A DNA stretch of 64,000 nucleotides, taken from Candidatus Dadabacteria bacterium (GTDB taxonomy: Bacteria; Desulfobacterota_D; UBA1144; Nemesobacterales; CSP1-2). Positions within the stretch are counted from its first letter, which is position 1. The number at the start of each line of letters is the position of its first letter. The DNA lies in the NCBI GenBank assembly GCA_963805855.1, contig CAWDVW010000007.1, positions 160,001-224,000 of the forward strand, read 5' to 3'. Shown piece by piece: positions 31,721-40,515 of the stretch. The position numbers and the translations under genes were made by a program. The notes under the pieces were generated by a model. That model searched no databases and was not told where the DNA came from. It was given only the letters and a program-made list of their open reading frames with translations.

Positions 31721-33022
31721 TCAAGTTTTTTCGGCGAGTTTGAGAGGCGGACTCCAATCAACAACACCCGGTACGCGCCGGCCCCAGGTATTTCCATGCT
31801 TATCTGGGCTGTCGGTAAGAAATCTTACAATCAATCTATGAATCATGTTCATATTGGGCAGAATTCCATGAAAACCCCCAATCTTATACAGGGCTTTATC
31901 TTCCAGCTCCCAGTATCCATAATCATCTGGCGATACGCAGACAAGATTCTCCTCATTTAAGAATTTGGGGATTGCACCTTCAAAGGGAACAGTCCCGTCT
32001 CCGGTAAATCTCCGTTCTTCTGTAGTATGATCTTTGGGATCCCAGTTATTCGTACGATCCGAAGATTGCAGAAAAAATTGAGGCGACTTGCCCCTTTTTA
32101 TGATCTTTAAACGGACTCGTGTAACAGAATCGACACCTAGGACGGCCAACCATCTCTCAGATGTTAATCCCGCATCAGCCAGTTTAAACTTGTTAATTCC
32201 TTCCCGATGTTGTTTAGCATCGGCCAATAATTTTGCGAATATCTTTTCAGCGAGCTGCATTGGTGGTTCTGTGGGGAGACCTTTCAATCGTGCCCATTCT
32301 TTGATTGTTTGAACTATGCCCGGTTGCCAGGCCTCTGCTTTGAATAATGAGTCGGGAATTCCCGGGTCGGTTTCGATCCCGTTTTTAAAACTTGGTAGCA
32401 AATGGTAGAGAGCCGGGGTGATTCGAGCGGCCTCGCGTTCCCTCGAACTGGGTGGAGAGGTGCCCAGGTCGGCTGTACCGGTGGTAATCTTAATAACTGC
32501 TTCAAAGGAGCCTTGATATGGCGTGGCCAAAGTTACTACTTTATTCACGGGTGAGCTTTCACCCCTCTTCCTCAGATAGCCTGTGATAATGAGTCCCCCC
32601 ATTGAATGTCCGATGAGATTTACCTTGGGATTTTGGGAATAACCGGCCTGGTGATAGTGCTTTAAAAGTTTTGTTCGGTCGATAACCTCTTCAACAAAAT
32701 CATCGAGCTGATCGTGGATGTCATCCAGTCTCATTCTCCAATCGTAGCTAAATGGATAAACGGGAACGGGTCGATCCTCTCTCGACCTAAGGTTATAGCG
32801 GAGCTCTTCTACGATCTCTTTATAGGCAATTTCATACAATTGATCAGGTTTTAGTCGAGAAGGTTCTTCTACTTCGTAACGCAGGTCATTTGGATGAAGT
32901 GCCACACGTTCATATTCTTTCCTTAAAACTGTCCATACATATTCGGGGGGTAGATTATATTGATCCTTCAAATAAACTGCGGTGATTCCCGGTATCAGAA
33001 TAACTGGGTCTATTAAGGCCAT
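31721..33022 (-). CDS. Lipase/LCAT-like alpha/beta hydrolase
   Basis: VILIPGI, FSYDWR, GHSMGG nucleophile elbow, LATPYQGS, GDGTVP. Confidence 0.85.
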   Translation of the reverse strand: MALIDPVILIPGITAVYLKDQYNLPPEYVWTVLRKEYERVALHPNDLRYEVEEPSRLKPDQLYEIAYKEIVEELRYNLRSREDRPVPVYPFSYDWRMRLDDIHDQLDDFVEEVIDRTKLLKHYHQAGYSQNPKVNLIGHSMGGLIITGYLRKRGESSPVNKVVTLATPYQGSFEAVIKITTGTADLGTSPPSSREREAARITPALYHLLPSFKNGIETDPGIPDSLFKAEAWQPGIVQTIKEWARLKGLPTEPPMQLAEKIFAKLLADAKQHREGINKFKLADAGLTSERWLAVLGVDSVTRVRLKIIKRGKSPQFFLQSSDRTNNWDPKDHTTEERRFTGDGTVPFEGAIPKFLNEENLVCVSPDDYGYWELEDKALYKIGGFHGILPNMNMIHRLIVRFLTDSPDKHGNTWGRRVPGVVDWSPPLKLAEKT

Positions 33023-33153
33023 TGGTCTGCTTTGTAATATTATATTTCAGAATAAACATACTAATCAATAGCGTGAATCCGATTGATCCAACTTGGAAAG
33101 CAATCTACAACTATCAATTGCATGCATTAAAATAAAAAAGTAATTTTATCAGC

Positions 33154-33882
33154 ATGAATGTTCAGAACAGGGTTGCGATTGTAACAGGCGCCTCGTCAGG
33201 AATTGGTCTTGCCATAGCAAAGCTATTAGTGGAGCGGGGCGCCAAAGTCGCTCTCGTTTCCCGTTCCAAAGAAAAGTTGGAAAGTATCTCGAAGTCGCTC
33301 CCCAATTCATTTGCAATTGCTGCAGATATGACAAAGGAAGGCGAAATTCGGAAAATGGTCGGAATGACAAAGGACCATTTCGGTCGCATTGATATTCTCA
33401 TAAACAACGCCGGGCAAGGATACGATGCTCCTGTCGAGAAAATCGATGTTGATACCTTCCGTCATGTCTTCGAACTTGACGTGGTGGGTCCTGTTATCGC
33501 AATGCAGAAGGTCATTCCCGTAATGAAGAGTCATGGCGGAGGGACAATCGTTAACATCAGTTCCGGCACCGCACTAATGTACCTGCCCAATATGGGCGCG
33601 TACTCATCTCTCAAACGGGCATTAGCTGCGATTAGCCTCACGGCAAGAGAGGAGTTAAAAGACGACAATATTGTCGTCAGTGTCGTGTATCCCTATATCA
33701 CACTCACTGAGTTTGAAAAGAATACCATTAAGGATGTTGCTGAAAGTGATGATGGTCAGGAAGGTGGACCCCCGTTTCCTCCCGACACTGCGGAGTATGT
33801 TGCGGAAAAAATACTTGAGGGTATGGAGAGTGGAGAGGTCGAAATCTTTGCACACGATTGGATGAAAAAGATGATAAGGTGA
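33154..33882 (+). CDS. Short-chain dehydrogenase/reductase
   Basis: TGASSGIG, NNAG, NISS, YSSLK. Confidence 0.92.
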   Translation: MNVQNRVAIVTGASSGIGLAIAKLLVERGAKVALVSRSKEKLESISKSLPNSFAIAADMTKEGEIRKMVGMTKDHFGRIDILINNAGQGYDAPVEKIDVDTFRHVFELDVVGPVIAMQKVIPVMKSHGGGTIVNISSGTALMYLPNMGAYSSLKRALAAISLTAREELKDDNIVVSVVYPYITLTEFEKNTIKDVAESDDGQEGGPPFPPDTAEYVAEKILEGMESGEVEIFAHDWMKKMIR

Positions 33883-33978
33883 AAAGGAAAAAATGAGTAC
33901 GAATCCCGTTGAAGGCTCTGGGTTGTTTCTGCGGTATTAGATAACCCCGCCTATCAAATAATATGACAAACTACGATA

Positions 33979-34000
33979 GGCGGGACATTCTTGTCCCGCC
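33979..34000. repeat. REP-like or terminator hairpin
   Basis: ggcgggaca-ttct-tgtcccgcc perfect 9-bp stem. Confidence 0.55.
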
Positions 34001-34218
34001 AATGTTTGGTGGAGTGAAGGGTGCTCTTTCCCCTTTCTACAAAAAAATGCGTTGTCGGCGGTAATTCTCACCTTCCAATACGTCTTCGATCACTCCATTT
34101 ACAATCCCATGTTATTCATATCACGGAGAATAAATAAAAAAATCTTTCCCTTGTGTATTTTGTTATCAACTGATAGCCTGAAAGCTAAGACTTGATTCGA
34201 TTCATATGTATTCTCAGT

Positions 34219-34911
34219 ATGAAACAGGTATCAACTTTTGGTGAACGCGCGTTCCAATTCTATACCTCTCTTGAACTGTGCAATAAACTGCCGCGGGGTG
34301 TGGTCGCCCTTAATCCATACCGTACGCCGCGTATTCCAGATTACATAAGATTGTTTTTGCGTAAGTTCTTTTCGGACAACCAGAAACGAGTGCTTGTCTT
34401 TGGGATTAATCCAGGAAGATTTGGTGCAGGTATTACTGGCGTCACTTTCACCGATCCAATAGCGCTCGAATCATTTTGCGGCGTTGCGAACGACCTACCA
34501 AAAAAGAGGGAACTTTCTTCGGTGTTTATTTACGAATTCATCAAATTATGGGGCGGTCCAGAGAAGTTTTATGGAGATTTTTTCCTAACGGCTGTTTCTC
34601 CGTTAGGATTTGTCAAAGACGGCAGGAACTTTAACTTCTATGATCATCCGGCTCTTCTCCGCGATATCAAACCGTTCCTTATCCGGTCGATCGAATCTCA
34701 ATTGGGGTTCGGAGCATGTCGCGAAGCAGCCATCGTGCTAGGCACGGGAAAGATTAAGCAAGTCTTCGAAGACCTCAACCGCGAATGTAGCTTTTTCAAA
34801 ATTGTCCACGCCGTAGAACATCCTCGATTTATCATGCAGTACCGACGCCGAAATGTTGGCGATTATCTCCGAAAATATTCTGAGCTGTTTGAGCGAGCTC
34901 TTAGAGAATAA
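34219..34911 (+). CDS. Uracil-DNA glycosylase superfamily protein (SMUG2/DUF4918-like)
   Basis: GINPGRFGAGITGVTFTDP, ELSSVF, SPLGF, EHPRFIMQY. Confidence 0.85.
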   Translation: MKQVSTFGERAFQFYTSLELCNKLPRGVVALNPYRTPRIPDYIRLFLRKFFSDNQKRVLVFGINPGRFGAGITGVTFTDPIALESFCGVANDLPKKRELSSVFIYEFIKLWGGPEKFYGDFFLTAVSPLGFVKDGRNFNFYDHPALLRDIKPFLIRSIESQLGFGACREAAIVLGTGKIKQVFEDLNRECSFFKIVHAVEHPRFIMQYRRRNVGDYLRKYSELFERALRE

Positions 34912-35011
34912 GTAAATCTCAGCTCGGAGTTTTCCTTGCGCTTCTGAGGAATTCTAAAGCCGCAAACATCTTCGGTCAAAAGGACCAGTAAAAGGTATTG
35001 AGCAGAATAAA

Positions 35012-35701
35012 TCACAACCATTCGAAGGCTTTCTCAATTGCTGGATGACCACGTTTTTGCATTATCTGCCCATGCGCCATAATTACACGATCAAACTCCC
35101 ACGAAAGAATTTTATCAATAGATGATTTTGCTTGCTCCCTGCTTCTGATGAGAAGGTATCGTTCTACTCGTGGAACACCGAAATTCTCGTAAACGCCATC
35201 CAGCCAAACAAATATCTTTGTCCACATTGGTAGCTCGGCTCTAAAATTGCAGATTAGATCGGTCAGTATGAGCGTGTGGCTCGAAATGTGAAAAAATACT
35301 ACTTCGTTAAGCATTGGCATCCCCCCAAATACTAAATGCTTTAACCCATCCTGACAGCCATACGTTTTTCCGTCCGTAAGTGCCCCATTAAAGGATAGAT
35401 CTGAGCGCTTCTTTTGAAGGCCACGTGCGGCAATAATCTCTGTCTTAGGGTAAGCGCTAAAATAATCTTTTAGGTAAACATGATGGAATCTATTTGGCGC
35501 GACCACGTACCGAACGGGGGCTATTGCGTCTAGATGTTTGCACGTTTCGCAAGTTAGCTGGATTGGTGAATGCAGAAAAAGATCGCCGGTCTCAAGACGG
35601 ACTATCGTCATCCGAACACCTATTTCTATACCCAGGAATCTGTGGGGTTGATCGAATATCCAGAGATTTGGGGCCAGTAAGGTTAGTTTATTTCTCAGCA
35701 T
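35012..35701 (-). CDS. DUF4336-family metallo-beta-lactamase-like protein
   Basis: RMTIVRL, HSPI, APNRFHH, EVVFFH...TLILTD, WEFDRVIMAHG. Confidence 0.85.
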   Translation of the reverse strand: MLRNKLTLLAPNLWIFDQPHRFLGIEIGVRMTIVRLETGDLFLHSPIQLTCETCKHLDAIAPVRYVVAPNRFHHVYLKDYFSAYPKTEIIAARGLQKKRSDLSFNGALTDGKTYGCQDGLKHLVFGGMPMLNEVVFFHISSHTLILTDLICNFRAELPMWTKIFVWLDGVYENFGVPRVERYLLIRSREQAKSSIDKILSWEFDRVIMAHGQIMQKRGHPAIEKAFEWL

Positions 35702-35912
35702 AATGCTATTACCATACGAGAACTCTCTGTGAGTTAAATCTTCAAGAATTACCGTTAAATATAATCCTATAGGGTATGTATTAAAGGAAAAAATGATCAC
35801 GGCCGTGTAGGCTCCGCCACTCTAGTTTCTTTATAAAGGAGGATTAAGAAAGATTCTCCGAAGCCTTATCGTTGCCTTTCCTTAATCGAAGCTCCACAAG
35901 TCACCAGGATAT

Positions 35913-35935
35913 GTAGCGGAGGACTTTAGTCCTCC
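35913..35935. repeat. GTAG-type REP-like palindrome
   Basis: gtagc-ggaggact-tt-agtcctcc. Confidence 0.55.
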
Positions 35936-36062
35936 ATTTATCCTGTAATTACTAACGAAAACAAAGGCTGGGATGAAAAACCCGGAGTTTAAAGAAAACT
36001 AAAGACTGAAAATAATTCATTTATTCACGCCACACCCCATATACATATACATTGTAGCGAAT

Positions 36063-36380
36063 ATGGTATCGAAGGAAGAGCAATACGCACGCAGCTGCTA
36101 TGCAGAAGTCGCATTAGTACCGCACTCGTCGATGGCACAATGGGTAAGGGAAGCTGATAAAATTATTTTGATTGATGGTTGTTTCTTGAAATGCATCGGT
36201 AGGGTTTTGAAAAACCTAGTTGATGAGCGGAAAATAGTTCACATCGATGCCCTGTCTTTGTACAAGAAGTACGCAGAGATTTTCTCTATAGATGACGTGC
36301 CCGAAGCAGAACGGAAAGAGGTAGCCAGCCAGGTTGCCGGTAAAATTCTTAGCATGCTCGACGAAAGGAAGGAACCGTGA
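36063..36380 (+). pseudogene. DGC-domain (putative zinc-binding) protein, apparently N-terminally truncated
   Basis: ARSC...IILIDGCFLKC is present, but the usual upstream Cys-containing segment and a clear RBS are not. Confidence 0.55.
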
Positions 36381-36551
36381 AAGATGTAAGGCTCGAATAA
36401 AAAGGAGGCTGACACCTTTTTCGACACCTTTTCGAATTCACCTTAATGCATCTCATCAACAACACCAGCTTCCATCAGTTCTCCAGCAATCAAATCCATG
36501 CCCCTCTGAGCTGGGTCATCGCCCGCTGTGGTATAATCCGCATAAAGTTAC

Positions 36552-37145
36552 ATGATCGCAGATGCGGCAAGGAGATTACAAATGATGAACAACACAAAAA
36601 AGAGAACTGATTGGAAACAGAAAGTTATCCACGAACTGCTAGAGTACTGGATAAATGTCATTTATTTAGCTTTTTTTTTCGGCGTGTTTACATCGTACCG
36701 AAGATTAATACTGGCCCAGTATCAGATCAGCTACTTTGAGTACGGAGTCAGTATAATACAAGCGCTAGTGTTAGGCAAAGTCATTATGATAGGGAATGCT
36801 TTGAGAATTGGCCAAAGGTTTCAAGGAATGCCTTTGATTTTTCCAACCATATTCAGGGCGTTTATTTTTAGCATTTGGGTGATTCTCTATAAGATTCTCG
36901 AGCATACCGTCGTAGGACTTGCACATGGAAAAGGCCTAGCGGGAGGATTCAACGAGCTTATAGGGCAGGGCAGCTATGAATTGATTGCTGGATCTCTGGT
37001 CACATTTTTCGCTTTTATACCCTTCTTTGCTGTCAAGGAATTAGGACGGGTGATGGGTGCAGGTAAATTAGCTGAACTGTTTTTCCGAAGACGAATTGCT
37101 AAGGAATCCAATTTCGATATTGCAGCAACTCCTCCTTCTCCTTGA
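36552..37145 (+). CDS. Hypothetical integral membrane protein
   Basis: Four hydrophobic helices, ALVLGKVI, FIPFFA; start could be the ATG at 36582/36585 after AGGAG. Confidence 0.75.
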   Translation: MIADAARRLQMMNNTKKRTDWKQKVIHELLEYWINVIYLAFFFGVFTSYRRLILAQYQISYFEYGVSIIQALVLGKVIMIGNALRIGQRFQGMPLIFPTIFRAFIFSIWVILYKILEHTVVGLAHGKGLAGGFNELIGQGSYELIAGSLVTFFAFIPFFAVKELGRVMGAGKLAELFFRRRIAKESNFDIAATPPSP

Positions 37146-37422
37146 GGGAATAAGTGTTGTGCAAGAAAATACGCTACTAGAACCCATCAGTCGAGAGGTA
37201 TTCATAACGATCTGATCTCCCCCCATGATAGGTCTATAACTTTAGTTAGATTTTGGATAGAATCCCTTATATACAAGAGTCAACTTGAATAGCCAGGAAG
37301 CATTGCATTCTCGATATTACAACTTAAGCCAACCTTGACAAAAGGGGAGCAGTACATAAGAGGGTAAACACAATTTTAGACCGTGTCCCACTCTCGGACT
37401 CTCCCGTTTCTCTGATTGGCAG

Positions 37423-37684
37423 TTAACTCAAGATATCTTTCTTCATCTGTTCGAATTCATCTTTAGTGATTTCGCCTCTCGCATACCGCTTTTTTAATAT
37501 GTCTAATGCACTTTCCGACTCCCCACCTTGGCCATAGTACCTACCAGGACCTGACCATGGAGGCCAACAACCCCATCGTCGCCGGGCAAATAAAAACACA
37601 ACAATCATGATCACGGCGAACATAAGCATTGGGAATATCCACAGTACCAGCCCAAGGCCACCACATTGTCTGTTCTGGTCCCAT
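37423..37684 (-). CDS. Single-TM SHOCT-domain protein; one-base frameshift at ~37645
   Basis: GGAGG RBS and ATG at 37684 (MGPEQTMWWPWAG/WIFPMLMF...); C-terminal ALDILKKRYARGEITKDEFEQMKKDI. Confidence 0.8.
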
Positions 37685-37789
37685 CTTTTACCTCCATTCT
37701 CGTTAATCTTTGCTCAAACAGCACCTGACATAAATTCCGCAACTTTCTGACTGGGTTGAACTTATGCCATTCCCATCTTATGCTTGTAC

Positions 37790-38089
37790 TTACTCACCTA
37801 CATTTTGCGTAAACAAGATGGAAGCCATTTTCAATACAAAATCTTTTTTATCTTCTTCTGAGAGTTTTGGCAGCATCAGTTCAAGACAATGAGGCATCAT
37901 CTTCATCATCATTTGTGGCATCATTGGCATCTCACCTTCTTTACAAGAACCGCTCTTTATTTCTTCCGCCATCTTATGCTTCTCTTCCGCTGTCATATCG
38001 GCGCTGCACTTTGACATCATTTTGTCCATCATTTCATTCATGTCTTCTTTACCCATGTGTTCCTTTATGTTCCCCATGATTTCTTTCAT
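37790..38089 (-). CDS. Methionine-rich small protein
   Basis: 99 aa from ATG 38089 with GGGGGTG RBS; 20 Met, 3 Cys, 3 His; an in-frame upstream ATG at 38167 has its own RBS. Confidence 0.75.
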   Translation of the reverse strand: MKEIMGNIKEHMGKEDMNEMMDKMMSKCSADMTAEEKHKMAEEIKSGSCKEGEMPMMPQMMMKMMPHCLELMLPKLSEEDKKDFVLKMASILFTQNVGE

Positions 38090-38126
38090 TTTTTCACCCC
38101 CCAAATATCGTTTTATTACTCTTGAC

Positions 38127-38142
38127 TGCACAAAGTACGCCA
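38127..38142 (-). promoter_or_regulatory. sigma54 (-24/-12) promoter, proximal copy
   Basis: Minus strand TGGCGTACTTTGTGCA: GG-N10-GC. Confidence 0.55.
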
Positions 38143-38203
38143 AAACTAGTAATACAACCAGTTTCATTTTTTCACCCCCTAAATATCTTTTTTTACTCTT
38201 AAG

Positions 38204-38219
38204 TGCATAAAGTGTGCCA
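38204..38219 (-). promoter_or_regulatory. sigma54 (-24/-12) promoter, distal copy
   Basis: Minus strand TGGCACACTTTATGCA: GG-N10-GC, close to the TGGCAC-N5-TTGC consensus; rpoN is present in the window. Confidence 0.7.
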
Positions 38220-38526
38220 GAACTATTAATACCGTATTTAGCAGGTGCTAGATAAATGAACACTTGATTTGAGAATAGAGATGTTGACTTGTGTCAGATT
38301 ATCGAACAGAGACGGGCTCTAGCAGCACCCTTTTTTGTTCAGTAGACCTAAGCAAGATTCTAGGTCATTCAGATATTAATTTAACAATTAGAACTTACTT
38401 CCACCCGGAAAATTCCCTAAGAGAAGCAGTTGAAAAATTAGCGAATTTCACTACCAACTGAAGCAAAAATCGTAGCAATGAATTGTCCAATAGTTGAGGG
38501 TCTATCATAACTTCTCGACATTATTG

Positions 38527-38600
38527 CGTCCCCGACTGGATTCGAACCAGTGGCCTCAGGATTAGGAATCCTGCGCTCTATCCTGCTGAGCTACGGGGAC
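38527..38600 (-). tRNA. tRNA-Arg (anticodon CCT); CCA not encoded
   Basis: GTCCCCG acceptor stem, TAGCTCAG..GGATAGAGC D arm, CAGGA-TTCCTAA-TCCTG anticodon arm, GGTTCGAATCC T arm. Confidence 0.97.
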
Positions 38601-38727
38601 GATTCGAAGATTTAAGCCATTATTATTAACAGATATAAATCGCTGCTTCAATAGCAAGTCTATTTTTGAGCGCTCTTTAGTCAATTGAAAATCGGTTTAA
38701 AAACGCGAAAGTAACAATTTTGAGTAG

Positions 38728-38767
38728 AAAAAAAACCCAGAGGCCTTTTTGTTTGAGGCCTCTGGGT
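38728..38767 (-). terminator. Intrinsic terminator
   Basis: ACCCAGAGGCCT/AGGCCTCTGGGT 12-bp stem running into a U8 tract on the minus strand. Confidence 0.85.
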
Positions 38768-38827
38768 CAGGCGCAGAAGGGTGGGGTGAGAAGGAAGAAA
38801 ATATGAGGAACAGGTTAATGGCAATTT

Positions 38828-38866
38828 TTTAAGGAATTACTAAGGTAAGGTTAAGCTGGCGTTAAG
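38828..38866 (-). promoter_or_regulatory. Four direct repeats at 11-bp period, resembling an OmpR/PhoB-type operator
   Basis: Minus strand CTTAACgccag CTTAACcttac CTTAGTaattc CTTAAA. Confidence 0.5.
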
Positions 38867-39022
38867 TCGATTTCCGAGAAAAACGAGCTTATAAACCCCT
38901 TCAAACAAGTTATCAATGCGCCGCTCGGGCTGGAGGTGTAATTCATGGATTTTTAGACTCTTTGGGTAGGTCACGAGTATTGCTCGTGACTATAGATTAT
39001 CTTACTTGTCTTTCTAACTTCT

Positions 39023-39180
39023 TTGTCTTGATACAAAGAAGCAAACATCAAGGTTGCCCAGGAAGGTTGCTAAAAACTCCTGAACCTCCGACTACAAAAA
39101 GGTAATTCAACCACAACCCGCAAATTATTTCGCAGTCTTTATTCCTGATTTTCTTAACGCAATTTTTGGAAGGCCAATTA
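39023..39180. repeat. ~155-nt dispersed structured repeat, copy 1
   Basis: Shares a 31-nt identical head (ttgtcttgatacaaagaagcaaacatcaagg) and the cttaacgcaatttttggaa.gccaatta tail with the copy at 42194. Confidence 0.85.
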
Positions 39181-39229
39181 TAGATAGATTAGTCATCTGC
39201 TTGTTCGAGGGCTATTGTTTTTCCTTTAC

Positions 39230-39568
39230 TTAAGGCTGTTCGTTTATGTCTTCCTCGATTGCATCGATTTCATCTTCGGTTTGCTCCTGATATTCAACAT
39301 CCTGCTCTTCATGGCTGAGTTCGTAGTCCAGCTCGTCCTCTTCACTTCCGCCTACAAACTCGTTCTGTTCTTCGTCGTAGGCCTCGTCCTGTTCTTCATC
39401 ACCATGATAAAGGTCCTCGTTAACCTGATTTTGCTCCTCCTCGAGACTATCTTCTATCGCGATCGATTGATCGGGTTCTTGGCGATTCTCCGAAAAGGAA
39501 AATTCGAGGGTAGTAATAGTCAATATTAAAGACAGTACAGACAGAACGATAAGGTTAAATGTACTCAT
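39230..39568 (-). CDS. Secreted, highly acidic low-complexity protein
   Basis: AAGGAG RBS, hydrophobic signal peptide; about 38 of 86 residues after the signal are D/E. Confidence 0.75.
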   Translation of the reverse strand: MSTFNLIVLSVLSLILTITTLEFSFSENRQEPDQSIAIEDSLEEEQNQVNEDLYHGDEEQDEAYDEEQNEFVGGSEEDELDYELSHEEQDVEYQEQTEDEIDAIEEDINEQP

Positions 39569-39664
39569 ATATTAACTCCTTTTGCGTAATGTAATAACAT
39601 ATACCCTGGTTTCATCAAATATCCACCATTAACGATACCATAAAATAAAATTTGGATGTATCGT

Positions 39665-40375
39665 CTACATTACAAGACCCTTAAGTAAATGTCCCACCAA
39701 ATATGCGATCGCAGCCGCGGCACCACCCATAAATAATGTTCCTACTCCCGAGATGATCCAATTGGTTTCTAAAATCTTGCCTTTGATCGAGCCAACTATG
39801 AACAGCGCGCAGGACGTCAGAAGGAATGATATCGGAAAGGTTTGCGCGGCTATTAAGTCAAAAAAGTGAGAAAATAAGTATGCGAGAAGTGGGATTATGC
39901 CGATTATGTTAAAAGCGAAAAAGGTTACAAAGGCGCCTTTTAATGGTGATTTCTGCTCTTCAATAATCCCCAGCTCATCCTTCATCATTGTGTCTATCCA
40001 GATCCTTCTATCACTCGTAATAATCTCAACGGCATCATCGAGCTGCTTCCCTCTGAACCCTTTATCCCTAAATATCTCTCTGATCTCGTGTTTCTCTATC
40101 TCTGGCTCTTCGTCTATGTGAGCCTCCTCTATTCTTTTTGCTTTCTGAACATATTCATGTGTTGATTTCAGGCTCATGTAATTCCCTACGGCCATCGAAA
40201 ACCCGTCGGCCAGGAGATTGGCGAAGCCCAAAATAAGTACGATGGATGCGGAAAGCGATGCCCCTTCGACACCCGAGACGACAGCGAAAGTTGTGACGGT
40301 TCCATCCAGACCTGCAAACACGAAGTCGGATATGTAGGTGCCGCTTGATGATCCCGTGTATATATTCTCTGACAT
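39665..40375 (-). CDS. VIT1/CCC1 family iron/manganese transporter
   Basis: DFVFAGLDGTVTTFAVVSG, ANLLADGFSMAVGNY, MMKDELG. Confidence 0.92.
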   Translation of the reverse strand: MSENIYTGSSSGTYISDFVFAGLDGTVTTFAVVSGVEGASLSASIVLILGFANLLADGFSMAVGNYMSLKSTHEYVQKAKRIEEAHIDEEPEIEKHEIREIFRDKGFRGKQLDDAVEIITSDRRIWIDTMMKDELGIIEEQKSPLKGAFVTFFAFNIIGIIPLLAYLFSHFFDLIAAQTFPISFLLTSCALFIVGSIKGKILETNWIISGVGTLFMGGAAAAIAYLVGHLLKGLVM

Positions 40376-40515
40376 GCCAAATAAAAATCTATCCGTCTAG
40401 GAGAGATAAAACAATAGATTTTACACGACATTCTCTGGAGGTCGAGGCATTCGGGTAGGTATTAGAATCATGTTGTTGTATAATAACTACAATAGTTTTA
40501 GGACACTCAGAATTT

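Noticed and set aside
38090-38263. 157-aa ORF-track start at 38263 with repeated KRYLGGEKMK
   Set aside because: The repeat is the translation of the duplicated promoter/RBS cassette; RBS-supported starts are 38167 and 38089.
30893-38527. Genomic island integrated at the 3' end of tRNA-Arg
   Set aside because: The genes are short, mixed-orientation and accessory-looking, but I found no integrase and no duplicated tRNA 3' end.
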